From: Basidiobolus meristosporus CBS 931.73
Taxonomy: Eukaryota > Fungi > Basidiobolomycota
Length of the DNA stretch: 64,000 nucleotides
Assembly: GCA_002104905.1 (NCBI GenBank)
Contig: MCFE01000027.1
Location: 1-64,000 of the forward strand
Reading direction: 5' to 3'
Under the pieces are notes generated by a model. It ran no database searches and had not been told where the DNA came from. It worked only from the letters and a program-made list of their open reading frames with translations. The position numbers and the translations under genes are program-made. Of this stretch, positions 12,349 to 24,396 are shown one piece after another (position 1 is the first letter of the stretch; each line of letters starts with the position of its first letter).

Positions 12349-14144
12349 TTAATTTTGGGGTCCCATGAGCTTATCCTATAGGCATGGAGGAATGGTTAGC
12401 ATGTGCCACGACACTTGGCGATGTATTCAACGTACCAAGGATCTAACTCCTTGTTCTTCCCACTCCTCCTTGGATATCCAGGAGTATGGTCTGTCCTTCA
12501 GAACTTGAGCCAACACGGCACCACCAAGGAAGACCATGTGCTTACGGCGTGGAGGATCATCAATTTGAAGCTTGAATTTCTATGGTGGATGCGTTAGTCC
12601 TAGCCGAGTGGCTACTAGAATGATGCTACTGACACTTAATCTGGACACATCCCCGTTGAGTGTCTTGGACAGGTACAGCTGCTTGACCTCCTTCTCAAGT
12701 CTAGATGGCAATCCTGGATACATGGAAGAACCACCAGATAACACGACATGCTTGTACAGCTCCGAACGGATGTCGATATCAGCGGCCTGGATAGTGTTGT
12801 ATAGCATCTCTAAAGGTTGAGAGGTTTGGTCAACAAAGGCTCTCCGAGGGATTTCTCGTAGCAGGTTTCTTACCGGCAACACCGGGCGATTCGACATCAA
12901 TAAGATGTGGCTGGAATAGACATTCGGGGGCTTCAAACCGCTCAGAGCCGACCTTGAACACTCTTCCATCAGGGAGCTAGAGCAATGGATACGGTGAGTC
13001 TCGATAAGGTAACCATTGGGGCCTCGGGTCACTTACAGTATAGCTTTCCACTAAAACGGTGGTTTCGGTAGCCAGCTTTTTGTCCAAATCCAAATCATAA
13101 CTAGCCATGTGCGTCAGCATTGAGGGTAACTGAAGCGATTCCTAAGCATATCCAATTACCTGACATAGCATAGCTTCTCCTTGATCTGGCGAGCCGTTTC
13201 AAAATCAGCAGTTCTGTTGAGATTGTATCCGCGGTGTTGTAGGAGCTTGATCAGATATCTAGTAACATCTCTACCGGCGACATCCAAACGATGCGTCAAA
13301 TGAGGTAGAGAGTAACCTTGGTAGACTGGGATAATATGGGTGACACCGTCACCAGAGTCGACAACCACACCGGTAAGGAGACCTAAGGTATATCTGTTAG
13401 CACGCCTTGCTAGCTGCCAACGGAAGCAGAATAGCTCTACCTTGAGCATACAGGGTCAAAACAGCCTGAATGGCGACATATATGCTCTGGAAACCATATT
13501 CCTCGAACATCACTTCGGCCATCTTCTCGCGATTAGCCTTAGGGTTCATAGGGGGCTCCGTCAATAGGATACGGCAATCCTTGGGGTCCACCTTGAGTTT
13601 CTCGTAGAAGGTGTAATCCCACAAGTGTCTCATATCTTCCCAGTTACGGATGATTCCGTTCTCCAGAGGATACGACATTTGCAAGATGGAACGAAGTTCA
13701 GTGGCTTCATCTCCCACCATAATATCCTTGACCTCAACGTCGCCGACCTTTTCTTCAGCACGAAGAATAGGTCTTCCGACTACAGAGGGGAATACATGTT
13801 CAGGGAAGTTCGAACCGGCATAGCCGACTTTGGCAAACTAAGCGAATAATAGTTGGTTAATAAAGTCCAGGAATGTATGTGGAGAAGGATCCTGAAGGTT
13901 TTGAGGAATGACGGGTAAAGTGGTATTGTTATATACGAGAACGCGCCAAGCTACCGCCCACAAATTACTAACTAGTTGATTTAGATGAAGAAGCATCCAA
14001 GTGGGAGCCACTCGAACTCATTTGTGCAACAGCTTATCCGAGAAATGGTGGTGACCAGGTGAAGGGGCAGATGGCCAGTCTTGACCAGATTACGAAACTT
14101 ACCCCGGTACCGTTATCAACAACGAGAATTTTCGATGCGTCCAT
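12349..14144 (-). CDS. ARP2: Actin-related protein 2 (Arp2/3 complex)
   Basis: [74 protein letters not shown], ending DKLMGPQN*. Confidence 0.97.
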
Positions 14145-14544
14145 GAAGTATTGATTACTCTTTCTAACAAAAAAAGCAAAGCGCTATGATGTAAGAGAAC
14201 TATCGAAGAGCCAGGGAGAACGATGTTTAAAATACTTGGCAAAAGTATGAAGTGTAGTACTTACTCTTCGCTAACGTTCGAATGCTATAGCGATTCCACG
14301 CAATACGTCAACTCTATCAACAACTCATACCAGGGGTATTCCAGATCATCGAGCCATCCAATTAATTTGCAACAATCCAACAATTTTTGAAGTTCATTTC
14401 CCGGCTATCTTAATCACAAACCACTAAGTGCATGAGTAAAGTGTATCATGAACTGATTCAGGTTTATTGGTAGCGAGCTTTGTCTTTCAGTGTAACTTAA
14501 AAGCGAAATACAGAGTATTCAGAAGAAAGATTCATGCTTCGGAA

Positions 14545-17308
14545 TCATTTAGCAAAATGGAAATCCCACGAGTCCAGCCACTTTCTAGCCAGCACTTGAT
14601 CAACGTCAAGTCCCACATGTCCGTAAGTCAATGGAGCAAAGAATACGAACAAACCGACTTGGGCGCCGATGATCAAAAGAGCCGCCAAGTAGGCAACCCA
14701 ACCAGCTCTTGGCCTATAAACAGGGACAAGATCTCCCTTGGCAGGCAAAGATATAGGATATTCAATACCCTTAATAAAGATGAACTGGAACAACACACCA
14801 ACAACCATGTAGTTCAACACGATGGCTGGGAGATAATGGTGAAGGAACAAAGAGCGTCCCATCAAGAAGAATGGGAAATAGTGAAGTGCCCATCCCAGCA
14901 AGAGGTAGCCGCCAACATTGTGAAGACGCTTTCTAAGGACTATTAAAGTGTTAGGTAAACTTGACATTCAAATGCGGGCCGACTTGAGAAACACTTACTT
15001 GGATCAATCAAATGGAAGTTTCTTCTTAAAGCAAGCTGATCAGCAAAAAGTACACCGATAAAGGCAGTGAGCGCAAGGTATCCAAACACCCAACCAAATG
15101 GATTGGGCAGGAAGTAGATTTGGCTACGGTCCGATCCCCTGGTCCAGAATGAGATACCGCGGATGACGAATGGCCAAGAGATGGGCTGGGATTGGAACGG
15201 ATGAGTGGCGACAAGTTGAGAGTTTTGAGCAATCATCTTCTTTTGCAATTCCCAGAATTTAACAAAGAAATTCAGATGCTGCACTGGACGTGGCACAAAC
15301 GTCTCGTCTGTTGTGTCTTTGCCAATGATCTCATCAATTGTCCAAATGTTCGTGTTGTCCTTGGGATTCTTATTTCCATTCACCTCTTGTTGGCCAGAGG
15401 CCCAGTCAGGTAAGGCCTCACCGTGTGTCCACAGGGCAACGCCGGTGTCCAGGTGGATGAATTTGACGCCGCTCGACTTGGTCTTTAAGGTAGCATCATC
15501 AGAAACACCATCCTCGATAGAGATCCTGAAAAGAGTCTCGTTGAAACGGGAAGTGTCATCGATAGGGATGGTGGTGAACTCAGTGTTGGTAGGCATCAAA
15601 GGCGAAGCAACATCGTGGGTAAGAAGGATCGAGCCAGTTCCGATATGCACTAGTTGGATGATGTCGCCATTCTTGACCTTGGGCATTTCATCCTCATAAT
15701 CCTCCTCGAATAGCTCTCTGCCAGGTCTGATTGTCCAATGGTTGTTGGGGTCTTCTTTGTGAGGATATCCAGTCACTTGCTGGCCTTGGCTACTAATTCT
15801 TCCGTCATCATATCTAAGAGGGTATCTTAGTGGATGCGAGTGAAGATACACCTTGGTGCCTTTGTGCAGGAGAGTGATGTTATCGAAATATCTGACATCT
15901 AAATGCATGTCGGTTAAAACAGAGTTCACTCAGAACAGGGCAGATGTTAGGAGATTTACCCATGCTATTTGCGTGCATGTCGTTTCCTTCTAAAGTAGCT
16001 TGGAAAGAATTGCTCATGAAAGCGTCCCCAGTACCACTCTTTGTTAAGATAGCAAAGTGAATGTAGAAGAAAGATAGATAGATGATCACAGGTACAACGA
16101 TCAAGCTAAGAGCACGGGCCATGAAATGCTTGCCCACTTGACCCTGAAATGACGATCACACGTTAGTGGCCGATCTACATGAACATACAGACAAAAGGAC
16201 ACGAACCAGAGTCAGTCCACGGCGAACATCGAGGAGTCTCCACAAATCCATCAACACACAGATTCCAATCAGACCTACAACAAATAAGCCAACCATCTTT
16301 ACGCTGTGCGCACGGTTTGAGATTAGCTTTTCGAAGTCACGCTGATAATCGAACGAAGATGTTACCTGGTGGTGAGAGCGATATTCACACCAGTGGCCAA
16401 GAGCCAGAACCACCATTCACCGGAGAAGGATCTACATGACGGATATAGTTAGGTACGGGATAGGTGTACACAAAATGACCAAATTGACAATACCTATTGC
16501 GGAGTTTGTAAAATCTGACATAGGAGTAGATGGCAAGAGCCATGAACAAGATCAAAATACTATCCAGTAGGATAAGTCGAGATTGTGTGACCAAGGTGTT
16601 ATCTTATGGTAGCGAACTCGTTAGGTTGGTGAAATGACAGTATCCGACAAGGGCGACACCTACCAAAGATAACCAAGCAAGCGCACACGGTACAGGCGAC
16701 GATGGAGAACCCACACTCACGAAGAGTTTCATACACCACGGGGACGAGAAGAGAGCCGAATACAGCGAGAAGACTTCTCAAAGGAATGTAGGGAACATTT
16801 TCTGTTTGATAGCTGTTTCCAATCTCTTCAAACAAGAAATGTCCGTCAAAACCCACGAACCAGCCCATCGCGGCGATGAGTAACTTTGCAAGCGGAGGGT
16901 GAACGTCAAAGAAATATTCACGGCGCAAGTAGTAGCTACCGAATTTTCCGAAATGAACCTCATCAAAACTACACAGAGTCAGTAAATCAACGTCTACACT
17001 TGGAGGAATGTGCGCGGGAAAACTACTGACACTACTTCATTGGGCTCGTGAATCTTGTAAAAGCGGGTGGCGAATGCTAGCACTGTCAACACCGCTAGCA
17101 CGATGCAGGAATTTCTTTTTGTGCTGGAGGAGCCTGTTTGCTAAATGAAGACGAGTCAATTATCGGAAAGATGAGGAAGTTATGAGATCCGAGAATATAC
17201 CTTAAACTTGGACTCTTCAGCAGTTTGGGATGCCAGATCATTGGTTTTCAGCGACTTTTCGCCTTCAACTGCTCTACGGCGTAGAGAGCTCTCGCCAGTC
17301 GATGTCAT
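14545..17308 (-). CDS. PMT4: Dolichyl-phosphate-mannose:protein O-mannosyltransferase, PMT4 subfamily
   Basis: FDEVHFGKF, REYFFDVHPPLAKLL, MIR-domain exon (LHSHPLRYP...QQVTGY), HYFPFFLMGRSLFLHHYLPA, C-terminus WDFHFAK*. Confidence 0.92.
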
Positions 17309-18255
17309 CTCGTACAGCTACTTGGTGCTACGAGGTGAACAATATAAAGACTGACCCATTGTGCTTTACTCCCCTAGAAGCAAATTTGACCAATGGCCAG
17401 GCTCCATCGCATCGAATTCCACATAGGCCCGATCTTGTGTAAACAAAAGACACGCTTAACAAATCGAACAAAAAGGCAATGATGTCCATAATTCTAGATT
17501 GTCTGATATGGCGAATCAACACATGGGGAAGCAGCGAGTCTTCGTCTAGCGCGCTAAAAAAACCCGACCCTGAGTTATAACTGGAGGAGTGGATCTGATC
17601 CTGCAGTGGTGGATGATGGTTGTGGTTTCAATGAAATTTCCGAGGGACTTCTCCGAGGGACTTGATCAAACTGGTCTCATTGCATCAGCGATATCGTTTG
17701 GGATGGCCAAGAAGACCAGGAATCTGTTGACTACGCGTATGCCCAATATGGTATTAACTCTGATTCAGGAGGAATCTGGTGGCGCCAAGACATTAAGTAT
17801 CCCTTAACATGATTCCCTTTCTCATCATCCCAAGCGCAAGCATAAGCACTAATATGAGCCAGAATGAATGAGCTTCTCTACGTCGAAGACCTCTTGTTGA
17901 AACGAGCCTGCCACCAAGCCAAGCAATGTGGAGAGACTGCTCAGTCTGCACTGACACCAAAGCTACGTCATAACGGTGGCCAGCTTCCAAATGAGGTAAG
18001 CTTATTTACGTGCACTTGTTGAAGTTTAATCTCACCAGCACCAGCAGCACCATGATTCAGTGATTTGCCGGGGTCAGGGCCATAATATTTCCAAATGAAT
18101 AGCAAACACACCATTGCTCAATGCAGTGAGATACATGGGGTATGCCGGACAATGTGCTGGACAGCGCTTGGATTTGGAATACTGGACAGAACACAATCGA
18201 AAAATACGCCTGAGATAGACAAGTAATAGATAACAAGAAACAAATATGGACACCT

Positions 18256-18349
18256 GCAATAGGGATGGACAAGAAATATAGGATCTATGGCAATAGGGAT
18301 ATACAAGAAATATAGGATCCATGGCAACGGAGATAGACAAGAACTATGC
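18256..18349. repeat. 34-bp tandem repeat, about 2.7 copies
   Basis: Units similar to GCAATAGGGATGGACAAGAAATATAGGATCTATG start at 18256, 18290 and 18324. Confidence 0.85.
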
Positions 18350-18545
18350 GGCAATCATACTGGAGGCTAAATTCACAGATGCATACTCATTTATGCTGGT
18401 ATTGTCTCAATCATTCGAATCGTTGGGTTGTGAGTCAAGGTCAGTTGGGATCAGCAGCAATGCTGTAGCCAACTGCCGTACCCCTCTTCAATTAAATACA
18501 AATCTGACTCAATATTCTCGCCGTTAATGATGATGACCCTAACCT

Positions 18546-18585
18546 TCAATTTCCCTCAATTTCCCTCAATTTCCCTCAACTTCCC
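18546..18585. repeat. 10-bp minisatellite (TCAATTTCCC)x4
   Basis: Three perfect copies and one imperfect copy, read directly. Confidence 0.9.
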
Positions 18586-19025
18586 CTACCTCGCTAATAT
18601 TACAATAGTGGTTTCTTTTTTTAGACAGCTAGGTGGTAATTGTTTTAGTCCTTGTCTGATTAAGAAAACCAGAGTGTCTCAGTCAGTTAGGGCAATAAGC
18701 GATTCCTCGTTAACGATGTTTAATCTGGCCACGATGTCTCCTAAATCAACATTACGGTGTGTGGAGAGGGAGTTTGGGGAATTGCCATCATTAACCTTGT
18801 TGAATCACGAGAAAGGGGCTTCTTTTTGCTCATTATCCAAGTTTCAGTAGATTTCCAACTGGCTGGGGCGGGATACGCTGCAGTACTTATATCTCCATCA
18901 TTCGCAGATCTAGCACTCGACTACTTATCTTCTCAGGATTAACTTTCAACCACTCCGCCGCTTTACTCCACACCCGCATTTTCGAGCACACGAACCAACC
19001 CATAGATCAAGCCAAGATCCTGGTC

Positions 19026-20498
19026 ATGAATTTTGGATACCCTTTGTCAAGCCCTTCCCCGTACGACCACGCCTCCAACATCCCCATGTTCGAAACGTTC
19101 CACCAATCCCCACACGGTGAATTTCGCACCTCATTTTACAACCCTTTCGAAGTGAAAACACGCAAGCGGACCAAAAAGAGCCAGTTCAAGGTGCTGGAGC
19201 GCACTTTCCACGAGAACCCGAAGCCCAACAGCGTCTTGAGGAAGCAGCTGGCCCAGGAGCTGGGGATGACTCCACGGGGGGTGCAAGTATGGTTTCAGAA
19301 TCGACGTGCCAAAGCTAAGAACCAACGCATGAGTGGCGAGGCAAACAATGTGACTTCTGATCTTCAAGCTGATGATGCGAGAGATGCCGCGATGAACGGG
19401 CCCAATCAGCCTTCCAAAAATGGAACCGACTGCGAACCTAGCACGCCAAATGGAACCGATGCAAGCCATTCAAGCATCCATATGGAGAAGGTCCCACAGC
19501 CGTCAGATCGCACCCGGGACTCGGTTCTACTCTCTGCGTTCGACCTCAATAATGCCTACTTCGCCACTCAAGAGAACCCCAAAGGATCAGACAACTATCA
19601 TTTCTCGAGCCCCCCACGAGAGACCGCTCGCAAGCCAAGGCAAAGGCCGAACCCAGAGGCATTGAAGATCGCCTCCACCCCGGAGCAGTACGAAATGATG
19701 CTGCATCAGCACCAGGCCCGTCGAGAGCAGCAAAAGATGCTTCAGCACAAAAAGTCCCTAGAGTCACAGCTCTATTATCAGCAACAGAACTACGGCCACC
19801 TGGGTGAGGTTGATAATCGCATGCAAGAGCTCCGTCATCGCAGCCATTCACTTGTAGGCCACAAGTCGGAGTACAATCACTACGGTCCACTGTCAGCAAG
19901 CGATGCCTCTGAATACTCCACTGATTTGTTCAGCCCAATGTCCGGAATCATGAACAACTCTGAGCCGGCGCCACTGACTCCTATGACTGCGGCCTCCATG
20001 CCAGAGCATCTCCACAGTTATATGAACCCTTTTAGTCCAGGCTATCATACACCGAACGAGTCAGGGGAGAATTTCCAGACGATGACCACCAGACGCAACT
20101 CCTGCCCACCAGAGTTTATGGCGGCGTTTGCGGATATGCACTACATGCCCGAAGAAAAGCCACACCTCGCCACGATAGTGGAGGATGAAGCTAACGCTGG
20201 GCTTCAAACAGAACTCGGTGATGGGGAACACAGATTTCCGAACCAATCTAGGTATGTGCTTGAGGTGAATTCGTATCCACGGTCAGGTGCCGCCTCTTCA
20301 TCCATGCAATCGGAATCGAACCCAGCTGAGGCTGACTACGAACGACTTAATGCGCGGCGGCAATCCGAACCACGTATGAATAGACTGCACACACAATTCC
20401 ACCACTCTGCGCCCACAAACCCTACCGCAAGCCTGCTTCGCGGCCACAGTTTTGACTCGACCATGTGGCAGCATGGAAGAGATTTGCGAAGATATTGA
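19026..20498 (+). CDS. Homeodomain transcription factor, single exon
   Basis: YNPFEVKTRKRTKKSQFKVLERTF...MTPRGVQVWFQNRRAK, followed by a long Ser/Pro/Gln-rich tail. Confidence 0.93.
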   Translation: MNFGYPLSSPSPYDHASNIPMFETFHQSPHGEFRTSFYNPFEVKTRKRTKKSQFKVLERTFHENPKPNSVLRKQLAQELGMTPRGVQVWFQNRRAKAKNQRMSGEANNVTSDLQADDARDAAMNGPNQPSKNGTDCEPSTPNGTDASHSSIHMEKVPQPSDRTRDSVLLSAFDLNNAYFATQENPKGSDNYHFSSPPRETARKPRQRPNPEALKIASTPEQYEMMLHQHQARREQQKMLQHKKSLESQLYYQQQNYGHLGEVDNRMQELRHRSHSLVGHKSEYNHYGPLSASDASEYSTDLFSPMSGIMNNSEPAPLTPMTAASMPEHLHSYMNPFSPGYHTPNESGENFQTMTTRRNSCPPEFMAAFADMHYMPEEKPHLATIVEDEANAGLQTELGDGEHRFPNQSRYVLEVNSYPRSGAASSSMQSESNPAEADYERLNARRQSEPRMNRLHTQFHHSAPTNPTASLLRGHSFDSTMWQHGRDLRRY

Positions 20499-20600
20499 TT
20501 GGCGTTCTCTACGACAATGACAAAGCAGTGAAGCTTTCTGGGGACGCGCAAGCCCTCATTGACATTTTGGTAATTTATTTAATCTTTCGCTGCCAGCCAT

Positions 20601-20656
20601 CTGGAGTGTGCAACTGCTTTGTGATCTTGCTGGAGTGTGCAACTGCTTTGTGATCT
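20601..20656. repeat. 29-bp tandem duplication downstream of the homeobox gene
   Basis: CTGGAGTGTGCAACTGCTTTGTGATCT occurs at 20601 and 20630. Confidence 0.9.
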
Positions 20657-21081
20657 CGCATCACATATTATCTTCACATATATCATCGATTCGTATCGTC
20701 GCACTCCCGGCGTTGATTATCATTCTTGCTATCTCCACCCTATGTCCTCTGGGAGATCAGCTGGCTTTATCACTACTTGATCGTGAAACGCAACCACATA
20801 TCTGTGGCACATCATGGCGAGCTCCATCAAATTTAGAATAGTGAAACAATAAAGCGCATGTGACTAATTGATTTGGTGGGATTGGCGTGGAGGGATATGG
20901 TTGTTATCTTAAACACGATTCCCCTGAGAGTGTTTCACAGCCACCCTGGTCTGTGTCAGGAGGTTGTGTTGCTCGCCGGATCAGGGGGATATTAGGCGGC
21001 TTTATTATTGTGCGGACTTGTGGGGGTAAGGGTGGAGGCAGGTGCAAGGTATATGTTACATTTTAAATGCGGGATGTTGGA

Positions 21082-22161
21082 TTAGATCCCCTCACGTGGG
21101 GTCATCCATCCGAGCTTGTCCTCGATAATCCCGTTTTGGATATCTCGTACAGCTTGGTACAATCTTTGGAAGCCAACGTCCAACTCCTCCTTTTCGCTGG
21201 TAACGATAACCTTACTGCCGCGGACAACGGTCTTGATGGGAGTAACCACCACCGCGGTGCCGCATGCAGCAATCTCCTGGAACTTACCGTCCTCGATCTC
21301 CTGGAACGCTACGGGACGAACCTCAACACGCCATCCAAAAGACTTGGCAAGCTCGCACAGAGATTGGCGGGTGATGGATTGCAGAATAGAGGCCGAGTCG
21401 GGAGTAACCAGAGTGAATTTTTCTCCATCCGAGTCATCATGAGTAATAGCCACGAAGTTGGAGGTGGCGAACTCCTCGACGTAGCTGTGGGATTTCGCGT
21501 CCAAAAAGAGCGTGATCGGGAACCCTTGCTTGTATGCTTCGATGTTGGAAATGATACAGGGTGCGTAGTTTCCACCCACCTTGGCCGAGCCAACCCCTTG
21601 GGGCGCAGTACGGTCGAAGTCCTCAACCACAAACGCTGGCACTGGCTTGATGCCGCCTTTGTAGTAATCTCCAACAGGGACACAGAACACAATGAATGTA
21701 TACTCCTCAGCTGGTCGGATGCCAACCTGGGGGCCGGATCCGATGAGGAGTGGGCGAATGTAAAGGGAGCCACCACATCCGAAGGGAGGGACATAGGCAA
21801 TGTTTTCCTTCACAACGCGTTCGACTGCCTCCACGAACATATCCACGGAGGGGGCCTGCATGGTAGTAGCTTTCGCCGAGTGTTGCATACGTTCAGCGTT
21901 GGCCTTGGCACGGAAGATGCGCACCTTGCCATCTTTACCACGGAAGGCCTTTAATCCTTCAAAGCACTCCTGCCCGTAGTGGAGAGCGGTGGCGGCGATG
22001 TGAAGGGTGATGTAAGGCTCGAAAACGGACTCGCCTTGGCACCATTCGCCGTTGCGCCAGATATACTTGACATGGCACCTTGTCGGGCGATAGCTAAAAT
22101 CCAAATTCGCCCAGTCCAAGTCAACTACCTCATTCGCTTGGTTCAGCTCCTCGACAGCCAT
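21082..22161 (-). CDS. Branched-chain amino acid aminotransferase (PLP fold IV), intronless, bacterial/plant-like N-terminus
   Basis: LDWANLDFSY, ALHYGQECFEGLKAFRGKDGKVRIFR, LYIRPLLIG, AKVGGNYA (catalytic Lys), EEFATSN, ILQSITR, ACGTAVVVTPI. Start taken at MAVEEL. Confidence 0.93.
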   Translation of the reverse strand: MAVEELNQANEVVDLDWANLDFSYRPTRCHVKYIWRNGEWCQGESVFEPYITLHIAATALHYGQECFEGLKAFRGKDGKVRIFRAKANAERMQHSAKATTMQAPSVDMFVEAVERVVKENIAYVPPFGCGGSLYIRPLLIGSGPQVGIRPAEEYTFIVFCVPVGDYYKGGIKPVPAFVVEDFDRTAPQGVGSAKVGGNYAPCIISNIEAYKQGFPITLFLDAKSHSYVEEFATSNFVAITHDDSDGEKFTLVTPDSASILQSITRQSLCELAKSFGWRVEVRPVAFQEIEDGKFQEIAACGTAVVVTPIKTVVRGSKVIVTSEKEELDVGFQRLYQAVRDIQNGIIEDKLGWMTPREGI

Positions 22162-22911
22162 CTTGATGTTTGTTCCCTGGTGCCTCCACTCCAATTTATA
22201 ATGAGGCCGATGCGGAACATGTCGGATGATGGATCTAATCGATGCTGTCTACCTTATTTGGGCCTAAAAGTGGTAGTGCTGTTATCAATGAAACGAGTCC
22301 AACTACCGACCTCGTAACCAATGGTGTTGTGCATTTGTCACCTTTACTACTGATGAGTTGCTCATTTCTGCCGAATTTTCCAATTTTGGTACGAGATTGA
22401 GTGCGCGACGGGTGGAGCTGAGCCTTCGAGCTAATATACCGGATATGTCAATCTATCCATCCCCTCCAATCTGATAGGGTGAGCAAACCCAAACCATAGG
22501 AAATGGGAGGATTCCGGCCAAGATCAGCATTTTCTCCCAAGAAAGTCCAAATAGACTATCTGCTTGAAACACACAATGCGCATCCAGTCGCAATATTAAC
22601 TTATTGTTGGCCTGGTGGTAACTTATTCCCCTTGCATGTAGCTTTACAATCCTGTCATGAAATTCTCCGAGCCTAACAGATCTATTAAGCTCCCTGCTTA
22701 ATATCTCTACAATCACAAGTGCATTGTAATGAGCGCGTGAAGTATAAAACCTACAGTTCAGTTTCGAGTTTCTTCAGCATCTCTTCACTGCTCCAGTAGT
22801 CCATTCGCCTCACTTAACCCCGTCGGCAAGATATTCTTCAGATTCGGTAGCTCCCGCCTCAACCACTCGTCGATAAGGAAACATATTCGCGATTCTAGAA
22901 ACTTGTCTATC

Positions 22912-24228
22912 ATGCGTTCCTCCGTTACAATTGGAAGTCTGTTGGTATTATTGGGTGCGCCTCTTGGTGTTTTCCCCCAGGCCTGTAGGCAGATTGCCGA
23001 ACGTCGGGAAGTGCGTGCCTTGAATCAAACCGAACTGCAAGCTTTTATCAGTGCAGTCCAAGAGTTTCATTCGGGCCCTTCTCCAACAGGGTATGATCGG
23101 TTCGCGAATCTACATGCAACCTACTTCAGTGCAGCCCATAACAACGCAGCCTTTTTTCCTTGGCACCGCAAGTTTTTAAAGGACTTCGAAGCGGCTTTGC
23201 AGAATATAAATCCTAGTGTTCAGCTACCTTATTGGGTGGGTACCGCTTTTGAGTTAGTGCGTCTTCAATGTTGTTAACATGTTGGTTAGGATTGGAGTTT
23301 GGACTCGCAGTCACCGGCGGAGAGTCAAATATTCAGTGGGGAATATTTTGGTGGGGATGGCGATGCGAGCAATGGCTACTGTGTGAGCGATGGTCCGTTC
23401 TCGAACTGGATCATGAGATACCCGAATGTTCACTGTTTACGACGACAGTTCAATGGAGCCGATGCGAATACGATAGGGGCATTTTATTCCCCGGAAGCCT
23501 TGAGAAGTATCACTGGGAGATCAAGGAGCTATGACGCCTTGCGAAGAAACATCGAGTCTCCTCCTCATGGGGCGGTTCATGTCGGGATTGGTGGAAGGAA
23601 TGGTGATATGGCGTTTGCAACAAGCACCAATGAGTAAGTGGTCATGTTGGTAACGATGAGCGGTCTCATACTAATCATGGGCTCAAGCCCGCTATTTTGG
23701 CTTCATCACGCCTTTGTGGACAAAATATGGGCTGATTGGCAAAAATCAGACCCTTCTCGGTTTAATGACTATGGTGGTGTAGGCCCTGGCAACACCCAGG
23801 CTAGACTAACAGACTCTATGCGACCATTTCAGGTAACAGTGAGCTCAATGATGGATACCACCAAGCCTGGATTGTGCTACCGCTATGTCGACCCGAGCCC
23901 AGATACCCCATCTCGCCCTTTGCGAAGACGTGCAAATTCCAAGCCAGTTGCTGAGCTGAAGAAATATCATGGCCTTCAGGAAGATTCAGCTCAGCACTGG
24001 TACAAGCTTCATCTTCCGAAGCCCTTGCCTGAGGAATACATCGCCATGATGGGCATGAATGTAGCAGAGGTGCGAGACATTGAAAAGCAATGGATTGATG
24101 CTACACTAAGCTTCAACATGGATCCCTCATATATCTCACCTGTCTGTTTGGCGAAGAAGAATGAGACTCTAAGCAAATACTTCCATTTTTCATATCGAAC
24201 AAACGTTAAATCCTCTCAATCGGTTTGA
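22912..24228 (+). CDS. Secreted tyrosinase-like di-copper (type 3) oxidase; 2 introns
   Basis: Signal peptide, ERREVRAL, CuA region H(ATYFSAA)H...FFPWHR, PYWDW across intron 1, CuB region HGAVH...DPLFWLHHAFVDKIW, CYRY motif. Confidence 0.92.
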
Positions 24229-24396
24229 ATCACTCAAGCATCTTAGATCTCCGAGTAACCAGCAATTAGCTGACACGAACGATACCACAATGGTTTGGAA
24301 TAAACAAACATTCGTGAATAGGATAATACTGATGATAGTTTATTGTGGGAAATATGGCAAGAATGATAGGGAGTATGATTGATTGTTGTTCAATGC

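Noticed and set aside
17530-18220. Protein-like fragments upstream of PMT4 (for example DIVWDGQEDQESVDYAYAQYG)
   Set aside because: Short, broken by stops, no recognisable family and no consistent splice structure.
21067-21954. 295-aa plus-strand ORF
   Set aside because: Antisense shadow of BCAT, caused by codon bias. It has no recognisable motifs.
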